Assembly (NCBI RefSeq): GCF_018350175.1
Contig: NC_058374.1
Span: forward strand, 129,518,001-129,582,000
Direction: 5' to 3'
Origin: Felis catus
Taxonomy: Eukaryota
Length of the DNA stretch: 64,000 bases
Positions 26,399 through 39,080 of the stretch are shown in pieces. The stretch's first letter is position 1. Every line of letters starts with the position of its first letter. The notes under the pieces are model-generated. The model saw only the letters and a program-made list of their open reading frames with translations, was not told the origin of the DNA and ran no database searches. Position numbers and translations under genes: made by a program.

Positions 26399-28067
26399 TT
26401 TTTGTTTTTGTTTTTGTTTTTTAATTTACATCCAAGTTAGTTGGCATCTAGTGCAACAATGATTTCAGGAGTCGATTCCTTAATGCCGCTTACCCATTTA
26501 GCCCATCCCCCCTCTCGCAATCCCTCCAGTAACCCTCAGTTTGTTCTCCATATTTATGAGTCTCTTAGGTTTTGTCTCCTCCCTATTTTTGTATTATTTT
26601 TGCTTCCCTTTCCTTAAGTTCATCTGTTTTGTATCTTAAAGTCCTCATATGGGGCGCCTGGGTGGCTCAGTCGGTTAAGTGTCTGACTTCGGCTCAGGTC
26701 ATGATCTCAAGTTTCATGAGTTCAAGCCCTGCATTGGGCTCTGTGCTGACAGCTCAGAGCCTGGAGCCTGCTTCAGATTCTGTGTCTCCCCCTCTCTCTG
26801 CCCCTCCCCTGCTTGTGCTCTCTGTCTCTCGAAAAATTAATAAATGTTAAAAAAAATTTTTTTTTAAATATTTAGAAAAAAAATTAGAAAAAAAAAAGTC
26901 CTCATATGAGTTAAGTCATGTTTGTCTTTCTCTGACTAATTTCACTTAGCGTTAATACCCTCCAGTTCCATCTACGTAGTTGCAAATGGCAAGATTTCAT
27001 TCTTTTTGATTGCCAAGTAATACCCCATTGTCTATATACACCACATCTTCTTTATCCATTCATCCATCGATGGACATTTGGGCTCTTTCCATACTTTGGC
27101 TATTGTTGATAGTGCTGCTATAAACATGGGGGTGCATGTGTCCCTTTGAAACAGCACCCCTGTATCCCTTGGATAAATACCTAGTAGTGCAATTGCTGGG
27201 TCGTANNNNNNNNNNNNNNNNNNNNNNNNNNNNNNNNNNNNNNNNNNNNNNNNNNNNNNNNNNNNNNNNNNNNNNNNNNNNNNNNNNNNNNNNNNNNNNN
27301 NNNNNNNNNNNNNNNNNNNNNNNNNNNNNNNNNNNNNNNNNNNNNNNTGTTAGCCATTCTGACAGGTGTGAGGTGGTATCTCATTGTGGTTTTGATTTGT
27401 ATTTCCCTGATGATGAGTGACGTTGAGCATTTTTTTCATGTGTCGGTTGGCCATCAGGATGTCTTCTTTGGAGAAGTGTCTATTCGTGTCTTTTACCCAT
27501 TTCTTCACTGGATTTTTTGGGTGTTGAGTTTAAGTTCTTTATAGATTTTGGATACTAACCCTTTATCTGATATGTTGTTTGCAAATATCTTCTCCCATTC
27601 TGTCGGTTGCCTTTTAGTTTTGCTGATTGTTTCCTTTGCTGTGCAGAAGCTTTTTATTTTGATGATGTCCCAATAGATCATTTTTGCTTTTGTTTCCCTT
27701 GCCTCCAGAGACATGTTGAGTAAGAAGATGCTGCAGCCACAAAGAGGTTTTTGCCTGCTTTCTCCTCGAAGAATTTGATGGCTTGTCTTACATTTAGGTC
27801 CTTCATGCATTTTGAGTTTATTTTTGTGGATGGTGTAAGAAAGTGGTCCAGGTTCATTCTTCTGCATGTCTCTGTCCAGTTTTCCCAGCACCACTTGCTG
27901 AAGAGACTGTCTTGATTCCATTGGATATTCTTTCCTGCTTTGTCAAAGATTAGTTGGCCACACGTTTGTGGGTCCATTTCTGGGTTCTCTATTCTGTCCC
28001 ATTGATCTGAGTGTCTGTTCTTGTGCCCGTACCGTACTGCCTTGATGATTACAGCTTTGAAGTCCGG
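26399..28067 (-). mobile_element. 5'-truncated felid L1 (ORF2 C-terminus and 3' UTR) inserted into an older L1M
   Basis: ORF2-like peptides (ORFs 27505-27921, 27678-27977); TSD TTAGTCTCTGTT at 26387-26398 and 28068-28079. Confidence 0.94.
26651..26894 (+). mobile_element. CAN-SINE inserted in the L1 3' UTR
   Basis: TSD AAAGTCCTCATATG on both sides. Confidence 0.93.
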
Positions 28068-28151
28068 TTAGTCTCTGTTAATGTACAATAGTTCTCCAGT
28101 TGTGTGTGGGTGTGTGTGTGCACATATCCATACATGCATGCTTCATGACAT

Positions 28152-28584
28152 TTTTGTTTGTTTTTAGAGAGACAGTGCAAGCAGGGAAGGGGGGGGAGAT
28201 AATTTTTATTTATTTTTATATTTTATTTTATTAATAATTTGTCACGTTAGCTAACATACAGTACATACAGTGTGCTCTTGGCTTTGGAGGCAGATTCCCA
28301 TGATCCATCACTTACATAAATACCCAGTGCTCATCCCAACAAGTGCCCTCCTCAATGCCCATCTCCCATTTTCCCTGCCCCCCAACCCCCTATCCCCATC
28401 ACCCTCAGCTTGTGCTCTATATTTAAGAGTCTCTTATGGTTTGCCTCTGAGAGGGAGAGAATCTCAAGCAGACTTCATGCTCAGCACAGAGCCCAATGCG
28501 GGGCTCAATCCCACAACCCTGGGATCGTGACCTGAGCTGAAATCAAGAGTCGGCTGCTCAACCAACTGAGCCACCCAGGCACCC
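28152..28584 (-). mobile_element. Older CAN-SINE interrupted by a short carnivore L1 3' end (~28200-28447)
   Basis: SINE halves flank ACCCAGTGCTCATCCCAACAAGTGCCCTCC (L1 3' UTR); outer TSD CATGACATTTTT. Confidence 0.85.
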
Positions 28585-29588
28585 CATGACATTTTTTTAA
28601 GGCTATTTTTAGAGAAGATTTAGGTTTACAACAACACTGAGAGGAGGTGTAGATTTCCCACATATCCCTGGCACTGATTTTTTTTTTTTTTTAAGAGTAC
28701 AAGCCAGTCATATTATAGAACGTCCTTCGCTTGGAGTTTGTCTGATGTCCTCTCACAATCAGATTCAGGTTATGCATCTTTGGTAAGAACACCGAAAATT
28801 TATAATGCCATCAATATACTGTGTGACCTTGGAGTGTATCACTTAACCTTTCTGAATGTCACTCTCGTCATCTGAGAAACCAACAGGATGAGACCGGCAG
28901 CTACCAAAAAGGAGTTCATATGGGAATAAGATGTGTATCTCAAACTTGCAAGCAGATGAACTGGTATCTGTGAACATGATCTTCGGTTTCCTGGGTAGCG
29001 TGGGGAATGGCCAAGTATGTATGCCATGCTGATTCCTCTTATGCTAGACTCGACTAGGAAATTGTAGCTTTGAGAACGTTTGGGAAGAATGAAATTCAAG
29101 AGGTAATTAAGGTTACTTCAGGTCTGGGTGAAAGGGGCCACATTGTTTCCATCACCTAGGATCAACCTTAATCAGCCATCTCACAGATGGGAGGGATGGA
29201 GAGGTGGGAAAGAGATGGGAGTCGGCAAATCAGGCAGAACAGACCTCAGGAGGCCAAGGGTAAAAAAAATAAAATACAGAAGTCCATTCAACCACTTTGG
29301 AAAGCAACCTGGCAATCTTCTGTTAAAGGTAAATATATGCCCTAGGATACAGCATTACCTTCCCTGGGAGTCTCCTCAAGGAAATTCTCAGATAACTGCA
29401 CAAGAGACTTGAACAAGATTACTGTGCTACTGCTTACAATAATCACTTAAATGGATATCATTTAAATGCCCACAGTGATGACAATGAATAAATAATATCT
29501 GGCACACTGCGAGAACAGAGTACTATACAGCTGTAAAAATTAATTACCTGGATGTACATGTGTCAACATAGACTGAGAACCAAGATAA

Positions 29589-29590
<2 letters not shown>

Positions 29591-29632
<42 letters not shown>
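29591..29632. repeat. (GT)n microsatellite
   Basis: About 21 perfect GT units. Confidence 0.98.
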
Positions 29633-29634
<2 letters not shown>

Positions 29635-29739
29635 ATTTTATAGCTTGACTTCTGATGTTGGTATTTTATGCTTTCTTTTTTTTTCCCCGATCATTCCAAC
29701 TAGAGATTCATTGATTGTATCAAACTTCTCAAAGGACGA

Positions 29740-32560
29740 CCTTTTTTAAAATAAACCTTTTATTTGGAATAATCTTACACGTACAGAAAACTTGCACAGA
29801 CAGGAGAAAGTTCTCATACACCCCTCATATTGTTTCAGTTTTCCCTACTATTACTGTCTCTGATTACTGTTATAAACCTGCCTAGTCTAAGAAACCCACA
29901 TTGGTAGGTTACTATGAACTAAACTGTAGACTTTGTGTTTTACCAGTTTTCTATCACTGACCTTTGTGTGTTTCAAGGTCCAGTCCAGATGGCTACTTTG
30001 CACTGAGCTGTGCTAGTCTCCTGCGGTCTGACAGTTTTTCAGTATTTCCTGCTTTTCATGACCTTGATGATCTCAAGGAGTACTGGCCAGGTATTTTGTA
30101 GCATGTCCCTCAATTTAGGGTGTGCCTGTGAATTTTTTCATGATGAGGGCAGGATTATTGGGTTTGGGGAAAGAACGTCACAAAGGAAAAGCGTCCTTCT
30201 CAGCTCATATTCGGGAAGCCTCTCGAAAGCCAAGTTCCCAGACACCAGACAAAGGTCAAACTCACTGGCAGACTTTTCTCTCTCTTTTTTTTTTTAACGT
30301 TTATTTATTTTTGAGAGAGGAGAGAGTGCGTGCTGGGGACGGGCAGGGAGAGTAGGAGACAGAGGATCTGAAGTAGGCTCTGCACCAACAGCAGCAAGCC
30401 AGATGTGGGAACCCACAAACCGTGAGATCACGACCTGAGACGAAGTCGGACACTCAACCGACTGAGCCACCCAGGTGCCCCCACTTGCAGACTTTTCTAA
30501 GGGAAGTAGCCTTAGGCCCACGGAGGTAAGCCTTTCGTGCACATGTCTTCTTTTTCTCTGGATGCTTTTAAGGTTTTTTTCTCTATCCTTAGCTTCAGGC
30601 AAATAGGTTATGATGTGCACTGGTGTCTTTTTCTTTACTTTTGTGAGTTTGGAAATTTGAAAATTTTTCTATGAATATTTCTTCTAATATATAAGTTTTA
30701 ATCCACTCTCCTCTTTCAGGGACTCAAAGTACACTTCTTTTTTTTTTTAATTTTTTTTTTAACGTTTATTTATTTTTGAGACAGAGAGAGACAGAGCATG
30801 AATGGGGGAGGGTCACAGAGAGAGGGAGACACAGAATCTGAAACAGGCTCCAGGCTCTGAGCTGTCAGCACAGAGCCCGACGCGGGGCTCGAACTCACGG
30901 ACCGCGAGGTCGTGACCTGAGCCGAAGTCCGCCGCTCAACCAACTGAGCCACCCAGGCGCCCCTCAAAGTACACTTCTATTAAGTTTACAGTTTCCCACA
31001 GGTTACTGCTACTCTTTATTTTGGGGGGGAGGGGGTCTTTTTTCCTCTCTGTGTTTCATTTTGGATTGTTCATCTCACTATATCTTAAAAGTTCACTCAC
31101 CTTCCCTTCTTCAGTGTCTAATTGGCCATCAGTCCTGTCTCACACATTTTTCATCTCAGACATTGTAGATTTCACTTCCAGAAATTCTGAGTCTTTTTTT
31201 TTCCCCACATTTTTGACACCTTTATTGAAGTATAACTGACACATATTAAGCTGCACATATTTAAAGGGTTGATATTTCTTGGCGTTTTGACATAGGTAAA
31301 TGCCAGTGAAACTGTCACCGCAATCAAGATAATATGACCTAGTGTGTTCATGGACCAGTGGAATCAAACTAGAAATCAAGAACAGAAAGATAATAACAGA
31401 AAAGTCTCCACATACTTGAAAACTAAGCAACACACTTCTAAATAAGCCAAAGAGGAAGTCTCAAAGAAATACACCACAGTGCTGAACTGAATGAAAATAC
31501 AATGCATCGGGGCACCTGGGTGACTCAGTCGGTTAAGCTCCGACTTCAGCTTGGGTCACGGTTTGAGAGTTTGAACCCCACATCAGACTCTGTGCTGACA
31601 GCTCAGAGCCTGGAGCCTGCTTCAGATTCTATCTCTCTCTCTCTCTCTCTTCCCTCCCCCCGCCAAAAGTAAATAAACATTAAAAAAAAAGAAAATACAA
31701 TGCATCAAAATTCATAGGACAACAGCTAGAGCAGGGCTAAGAAGGACATTTATAGCTCCAAATGTATACATCCAAAAAAAGGAAGTGTGTAAAATCAGTA
31801 ACTGAAGCTTCCACCTCTAGAACCTAGAAAAAGAAGATAAAAACTAAAAGCAAGCAGAAAGATGGAAATAATAAAGAGCAGAAATCAATGGAATTGAAAA
31901 CAGAAAAACAATGGAGAAAATCAGTGAAACAAAGATCAATAAAACTGGCACAGAGAGAGAAAAAACACAAATTGCCAATATCAGGAATAAAATGTGGCAT
32001 CACTACAAACCCCACAGACACTAAAATAATAAGGAAATGTTAGGAACAACTCTATATACGTTTGTAGGTTTATGACTCTTTTTTTGAAATAAAAAACTAT
32101 ATTATTTAAGGTATATGACATGTTTTAATATACATACACATTGTGATGAACACAACCAAACTAATTAACACATCCATCACCTCCCAGTCATTGTGTGTGT
32201 GTGTGTGTGTTAAGAATACTTGAGCTCTACTCTCTTGGAAAATCTCAAGTACACGATACACTGTTACTAACTATCGTCACCATGCCATTCACTAGGTCTC
32301 CAGAATTTAGTCATCTTTTTTATTAATGTTAGTTTATTTTTGAGGGGGGAGGGAGGGAGAGACAATGAGCAGGGGAGGGGCAGAGAGAGAGAGAGAGAGA
32401 GAGAATCTGAAGCAGGCTCCAGGCTCTGAGCTGTCAGCAGAGCCCAATGTGGGGCTCGAACTCACAAACCGTGAGATCATGACCTGAGCCGAAGTTGGAT
32501 GCTCAACAGACTGAGCCACCCAGGCATGCCCATCTTTTTTTTTTTTAATGTTTATTTATT

Positions 32561-32615
<55 letters not shown>

Positions 32616-35280
32616 TGCACGTGCAAGTGGGGTAGGGGCAGAGAGAAGAGGACAAAGGATCTGAAGTGGGCTCTGTGCTGACAGCAGAGAGCCCAATACA
32701 GGGCTCAAACTCAGGAACTGCGAGATCATGACCTGAGCCAAAGTCGGATGCTCAACCCACTGAGCCACCTGCATGCCCCAGAACTTGGTCGCTTTTAACT
32801 ACAAGTTTGTACCCTTGGATCAATATCCCTCCTNNNNNNNNNNNNNNNNNNNNNNNNNNNNNNNNNNNNNNNNNNNNNNNNNNNNNNNNNNNNNNNNNNN
32901 NNNNNNNNNNNNNNNNNNNNNNNNNNNNNNNNNNNNNNNNNNNNNNNNNNNNNNNNNNNNNNNNNNNNNNNNNNNNNNNNNNNNNNNNNNNNNNNNNNNN
33001 NNNNNNNNNNNNNNNNNNNNGCTGCCAAAAAGAGCAGGATTCCCTTCTTTTTAAAGTCTTAGTAATATTCCATTACACACACAAACCCCTCACATTTTCT
33101 TTATCTATGTATCTGTCAACAGACACTTAGATTGTTTCCATATCTTGGCTATAGTGAGTAATTCGGCAATGGACAAGAAAGTGCAGGTATCTCTTTGAGA
33201 TAGTGATTGTGATGTGATTTCTTTTGGATATTTACCCAGGAGTGGGGTTTCTGGATCACATGGTACTTCTATTTTTAATTTTTTGAGGAACCCCCATACT
33301 GTTTCCATNNNNNNNNNNNNNNNNNNNNNNNNNNNNNNNNNNNNNNNNNNNNNNNNNNNNNNNNNNNNNNNNNNNNNNNNNNNNNNNNNNNNNNNNNNNN
33401 NNNNNNNNNNNNNNNNNNNNNNNNNNNNNNNNNNNNNNNNNNNNNNNNNNNNNNNNNNNNNNNNNNNNNNNNNNNNNNNNNNNNNACATTTTCATGCTCC
33501 TGTTGGCTACCTGTGCTTCTTCTTTGGAAAAATGTCTATTGAGGTCCACGGCCCATTATTTTTTTTTTAATGTTTATTTATCTTTGAGAGAGACAGAGCA
33601 TGTGCAGGGGAGTGGGAGGGGTAGACAGAGAAGGAGACACAAAATCCGAAGCAGTCTCCAGGCTCCGCACTGTCAGCACAGAGCCAACGCGGGGCTCCAA
33701 TTTACCAACTGTGAGATCATGACCTGAGCCCAAGTCCGACACTTAACTGACTGAGCGACCCAAGCACCCCGCCCATTTTTTTAATTGGGTTATTTGTTCT
33801 TATGGTACTGACTTGTATGAGTTCTTTACATATTTTTGACATTATACCCTTNNNNNNNNNNNNNNNNNNNNNNNNNNNNNNNNNNNNNNNNNNNNNNNNN
33901 NNNNNNNNNNNNNNNNNNNNNNNNNNNNNNNNNNNNNNNNNNNNNNNNNNNNNNNNNNNNNNNNNNNNNNNNNNNNNNNNNAGCATCATATCCTCCCCCT
34001 ACTCCGCCTCCCCCAAAGAAATCCTTGCCAAGACCAATGTCATAGACCCTCCCTCCCTGTGTTTTCCTCTAGCAGTTTTATAGTTTCCAGACTTCCAGTT
34101 ATGTCTTTAATGTATTTGAGTTGGTTTTTGGGTTTGGTGTAAGAAGGGCATATGGTTTGGGTCCTGAAATCTACCTTACTCTCCCCAACTTTCAGTGTCG
34201 TCTTATATTTGTTTTTTGATTTTGTGTTTTTTGTTTTTATATAATGTCCAGAGATTGTAGTTGTACTTAGTAGGAGTAACAGGAAAAAAGTAGATGTGTT
34301 CCAGCTTCCCAGAACCATGTGACCTCCTGAATCCCTTTTATGCCTTTCATGTCTCTGCTCAGCATGTTTAATCTTTGTTCTCTCCTTTTGAACATATGGA
34401 ATGTGGTTATAATTATCGTTTTAATATCCTTGTCTACTAAGTCTATCGTTTGTGTCTTTTATGGGTCTGTTTATATTGATGGATTTTTCTCCTCATTATG
34501 GGTCATAGTTAATTGCTTCTTTGCACGCCTCCCAATTTTTATCGACTGCAAGAGACTGAATTTTGGCTTGGTAGCGCACTGGATATTTTGTATTCATATA
34601 GATAGTCCTGGGGTTTGTTCTGTGATACAATTAAGTTACTTGGAAACAGTTTGATCCTCTCAAGGTTTGTTTTTAAATTTTGTTAGGTGGGATCAGAGCA
34701 GCCTCTATTCTGGGTTAACTTTCCTCCCACAACTGAGCACTCTAGCAGATAGTTCATGAATTACCAGATTTTTCCATTCTGGCTGATGAGAACCTGAACT
34801 ATCCCCCCACCCTTTGTGAACTATAGGGATTGCTCTCTCTAATCCTTTTGAGTAGTTCTTTCCCTGGTCTTAGGTAGTTTCTTCGCACACAGGCACCGAC
34901 TGGTCAAGCTCCCTGTGGAGCTCTGGAGCCCTTTCTGGGCAGGGCTCTCCTCATTCACACTCTGCCTGAGAATCCCGGCCACCTTGATCTCTCCAAACTC
35001 CCAGCTCCCTCTCCTCAACTCAGGGAGATCACCAGGCTCCACCTGAGGTACCCTTCCCTACACCGTACTCTGGAAACTTCAGGCAGTAAACCAAGGCAAT
35101 CATAGGGCTCACACTGTTTGCCTCCCATCATCTTGGGGATCGCTGTCCTGTGCTGCCTGATAGTCAAGGTCTGAAAATCCTCATCTCCTATATTTTGTCT
35201 GGATCTTTTTGTTGGGTCCTTCAGGCAGCAAGAGAAATCTAGTCCCTGGTATTCCAATTTGGCTAGAAGCAAAGTCTCCC
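29740..35280. mobile_element. Nest of old L1M fragments in both orientations with at least six CAN-SINEs (30285-30482 -, 30739-30962 -, 31509-31690 +, 32316-32531 -, 32535-32779 -, 33558-33770 -)
   Basis: L1 ORF2-like sequence at 31350-32060 (+) and 32080-34160 (-; [18 protein letters not shown]). SINE TSDs include CTCAAAGTACACTTCT and GAAAATACAATGCATC. Confidence 0.85.
32564..32612. repeat. (GA)n microsatellite expanded within a SINE
   Basis: Perfect GA run. Confidence 0.97.
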
Positions 35281-35313
35281 AAACATGGTATGTTGATTGA
35301 AAAACACAAATTG

Positions 35314-35926
35314 TGTACTGGGAATTTATCCAAAGGATACAGGAGTGCTGACTCACAGGGGCACATGTACCCCAATGTTTATGGCAGCTCTTTCAACAAT
35401 AGCCGAAGTATGGAAAGAGCCTAAATGTCCATCAACTGATGAATGGATAAAGAAGATGTGGTTTATGTATACAGGGGAATACTACTTGGCAATGAGAAAG
35501 AATGAAATCCTGCCATTTGCAGCAATGTGGATGGAACTGGAGGATATTATGCTGAGTGAAATAAGTCAGTAAGAGAAGGACAGATATCATACGTTCTCAC
35601 TCATATGTGGAACTTGAAAAACTTAACAGAAGACCATGGGGGAGGGGGAGGGAAAAAGATAGTTTCAAACAGAGAAGGAGGGACGCAAATCATAACGGAC
35701 TCTTAAATACAGAGAACAAACTGAGGGTTGATGGATGGGGGGCAGGGGAGAGAGGAAAATGGGTGATGGGCATTGAGGAGGGCACTTGTTAGGGATGAGC
35801 ACTGGGTGTTGTATGTAAGCAATGAATCATGGGAATCTACCCCTAAAACCAAGAGCACGCTGTATACACTGCATGTTAGCTAACTTGACAATAACTTATA
35901 TTAAAAATAAAAACAAAAAACAAAAA
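35314..35926 (+). mobile_element. 5'-truncated carnivore L1 3' end
   Basis: LGIYPKDT...CTPMFMAALSTIA..WKEPKCPSTDEWIKKMW; TSD GAAAAACACAAATTG at 35299-35313 and 35927-35941. Confidence 0.94.
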
Positions 35927-36189
35927 GAAAAACACAAATTGCTACCAAATGGTCCTATACCACTTACATAGCTTTGCAAAACAGTGCTGGTATGGTGCAA
36001 CACAACACAACACCATATATTATTCCTGCGTAATGGTAACGAACACATACAGTACCTGCCAGGTATCAGACACTGCTGTGTAAGGGCTTTGCTTTCCTTC
36101 TATCCATTTTGAGAAGAGAGACATTGGGACCCTGAGATGTCTGGAATTTGCTCAAGGTTACACAGCAAAAAGTAATAGAGTTGAGCTCC

Positions 36190-36356
36190 AACTCAGTTGG
36201 GCATCCAACTCTTGACTTCAGCTCAGGTCATAATCTCAGTTTGTGGGTTCGAGCCCCACACCGTGCTCTGTGCTGACAATGCAGAGACTGCTTGGGATTC
36301 TCTCTTTCTCTCTCTCTGCCCCTCCCCCACTTATGTGTGTGCACGCTCTCTCTCAA

Positions 36357-36416
<60 letters not shown>
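36190..36416 (+). mobile_element. 5'-truncated CAN-SINE with a (GAAA)n tail (about 36357-36414) in a MIR
   Basis: SINE body followed by ~14 GAAA units. Confidence 0.9.
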
Positions 36417-37850
36417 GTTAGACTTTCACCCAGTAAGTAAGTCTGGCTCCTGAGTTAATACTCTTAATCATTAATTAGGCTACTCTGCCTCTTGTGCCTA
36501 TATGTGATCAAAACATGGACAGGAAAGACACACACCAATTTCAATTCCTCTGAGAAAAGACAAGGCAATGAGCTATTATTGATGCTGGGGATAGAGATGG
36601 GGCTCATTGATGCTTTCTTTCCTAAAAAAGATTTTTTTTTAATTAAATAAAATTTTAAAACAAGCCAATATAAGGAGACTAATGTTAACATTTGTTTAAT
36701 CTGGGAGGTGGGTACATGAATATTTGTACTTTGAACTTCTAAGTTTAAAATATTTTCCTGTAAGGCTGGGGGAGAAGGAAAGAAGAAATTGAGGGTCACC
36801 CCCATCAGCTAGAAATGCACAGTGGAGGACAGAGACAGCCAGGTTGGGAGGAGAGGGCAGGTACTGGCCCAGCCCTTCCAGACTAAGTACATAACTCTCC
36901 ACGTGGCCCAGACTTCCCCCAGCACTAACACACCTGACCCCACTGCTTGTCATTCTGAGCATGTGGTGCAGCCCTGAGCCTCCCTGCCTCCCTTTACCCA
37001 ATCTCTTCCACCAGGAATGCCCTCCCACCCTATTCTACAGGCAAGGACCTTGCCCTACAAGCAAGGACCAGCTAGAGGGCTTCCTCTTTCTTGAAGCCTA
37101 GGGACTCGAGAGTTCCTCTGGGCTCCAAAGGACAGAGGAGCCCCCAGCCAGTTTATACCAACAGGTAGGGGAGATCCCTGACTCACGCAGTAAGGCATGG
37201 AAGGGGCAGAGGACAGCTTGATCCGGGCACCGAGCATCTTCAAGCTCTTTCGGTGTCTTCTCGCTTTCTCAGACAGGCTCCTGCCTTTGAAGTTTTGACC
37301 CAGCCCCAGGGAAGCTCAAGCTGGGTATTACGATCACCAGGCTGGCATTCCACGGCCACCCCTGAAGTCTGAGCTGTGACGTCTGCTGCAGACGAGCGGT
37401 GAAGCAGGTAAACCCAGGGCCGCCACACCATCTATGTAACTTTCCCAAGAAGCTTGCACCCCTGTCGCCTTGAGTCCCCAGAAAAAATGGTCTGTCCTAG
37501 TGTTCATTCAACAACACCCAATCAAAAGGATTTGCTGAATACCCGCCATGTGGCTGGAGGGACAAAGATGACTTAGATCCTGCCCTTGAGGAGTAGGGAG
37601 AGGAGGGATGTCAGGGGATTGCTGACATCCATGTGGGAAGCGCAGTGGTAGAGACACGAAATCGAGCATGTGGGAACACGGAGCATGATTCGGACAGGCG
37701 GCATTCAAGCTACGTCTTGTAGAACAGATAGGAGTTTTCTGGGTACGGAGCTGGCAAAAGTGGTCGAGCGGTGGTGGCACGCAGGGAGCACACCGCAGAC
37801 AAGGAAATGTGTGCACAATGGCGTGGATGCATGGTGGGGCACTCCGTGCT

Positions 37851-37882
37851 TAGGGAACCGGAAGTCTAGGGAACCGGAAGTC
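37851..37882 (+). repeat. Perfect 16-bp tandem duplication carrying two ETS motifs (ACCGGAAGT)
   Basis: TAGGGAACCGGAAGTC x2. Confidence 0.95.
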
Positions 37883-39061
37883 GGTCGGTGTGGCTGGGGC
37901 AGGGTCAAGGGATGTGAAGAATCAAGACTGACTACTGAGAGGCAGTGGCCCCTCAAAAGCAAGGACAGGGCATCACAGCCTCATTACAGAGGATTTACTA
38001 TTTGTCATCCCAGAATAGATTCCCCTGTTCTTTTGGGAAATGACTCCAACTTCATGGTTCTGCCAGAAATGATCCATCACAGCATGGAACGACCACCTGA
38101 CCCCAAGCCAACCAATCATTCTTGCCTGGGATTCCTTCCCATGGAGCTGGTATGGGGAAGCCCTCTTCCCTCTTTGCTCACCACCGTAAGCCTAGAAGCC
38201 TGGGCTACACGTGGCCGTGACTCCAGGCCCGCGAGGACGGCCCACCTGAGCGAACAGAGGTAAGAGGGAGGGATCTGAATCCCTGAACCCGGAGGCCTAG
38301 ACGGCTAGCTTTTCTCTGGCTCCTAGCATTTCTTCACCTCGAGCCATAAACTTCTTCTTGCCACTTACGGTAGTTTTAATTAGGTCTGTGCACTCCCAGC
38401 CCAAAGGGCCCTGTCTTCAGCATATCCATCTGGACTGATGCAACGAAGCTGCTCACAACACAGCTGACGAGGCCAAAGCATGGAAAAACAGTGCAGGGAA
38501 GAACACATCCAAATCAAGTAGGACTTGATGGGCCACCTGCTATTACCATGCACGGGGCAGTTTCCTCGGGTCACGTGAGCCAGAGACCAGCCCCAGGCCC
38601 AGAGAGCACCCACCCTTCACACATCCCAGATGCCATCCTCCTGTTTTCACGGGACGGCGTTCTCACTCACAAAGTCTGCGTGACCAGGCCCTTCTCCACT
38701 TCGGGCTACCAAGTGGTCCACCTTTCTCTCCTTCCAAGTTGCAAAAACAAAAGAACCATGGCAGGGTATTAGGTGGAGAATATTTTTCCATCGAGGCTCA
38801 GAGGAAGGCCTAGCAATCATTCCTGGAGCTATGGCCTCTGAGCCTCCGCCACCAGCCCGCTTCTGGCTGGGCCGGCCTCTGCTTCCGCCTCCGGTGCACA
38901 TGTCAGTCAGAGGAGCCTCTCTGATCGCTACTTTAAATAACAATCCCTACTTCCACTCCCTCCTGATATCTTACCCTACTGGGCATTTTTTTCTCCACCT
39001 TTGATCACCACCTAACACGGTATCTATTTTCTGTTCCCAACCCAATCAGAACGTAAACTCC

Positions 39062-39080
39062 GGGGGGGGGGGGGGGGGGG
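39062..39080 (+). repeat. G19 homopolymer
   Basis: 19 consecutive G within an L2-like 3' remnant ending in (AATG)n at ~39172-39198. Confidence 0.95.
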
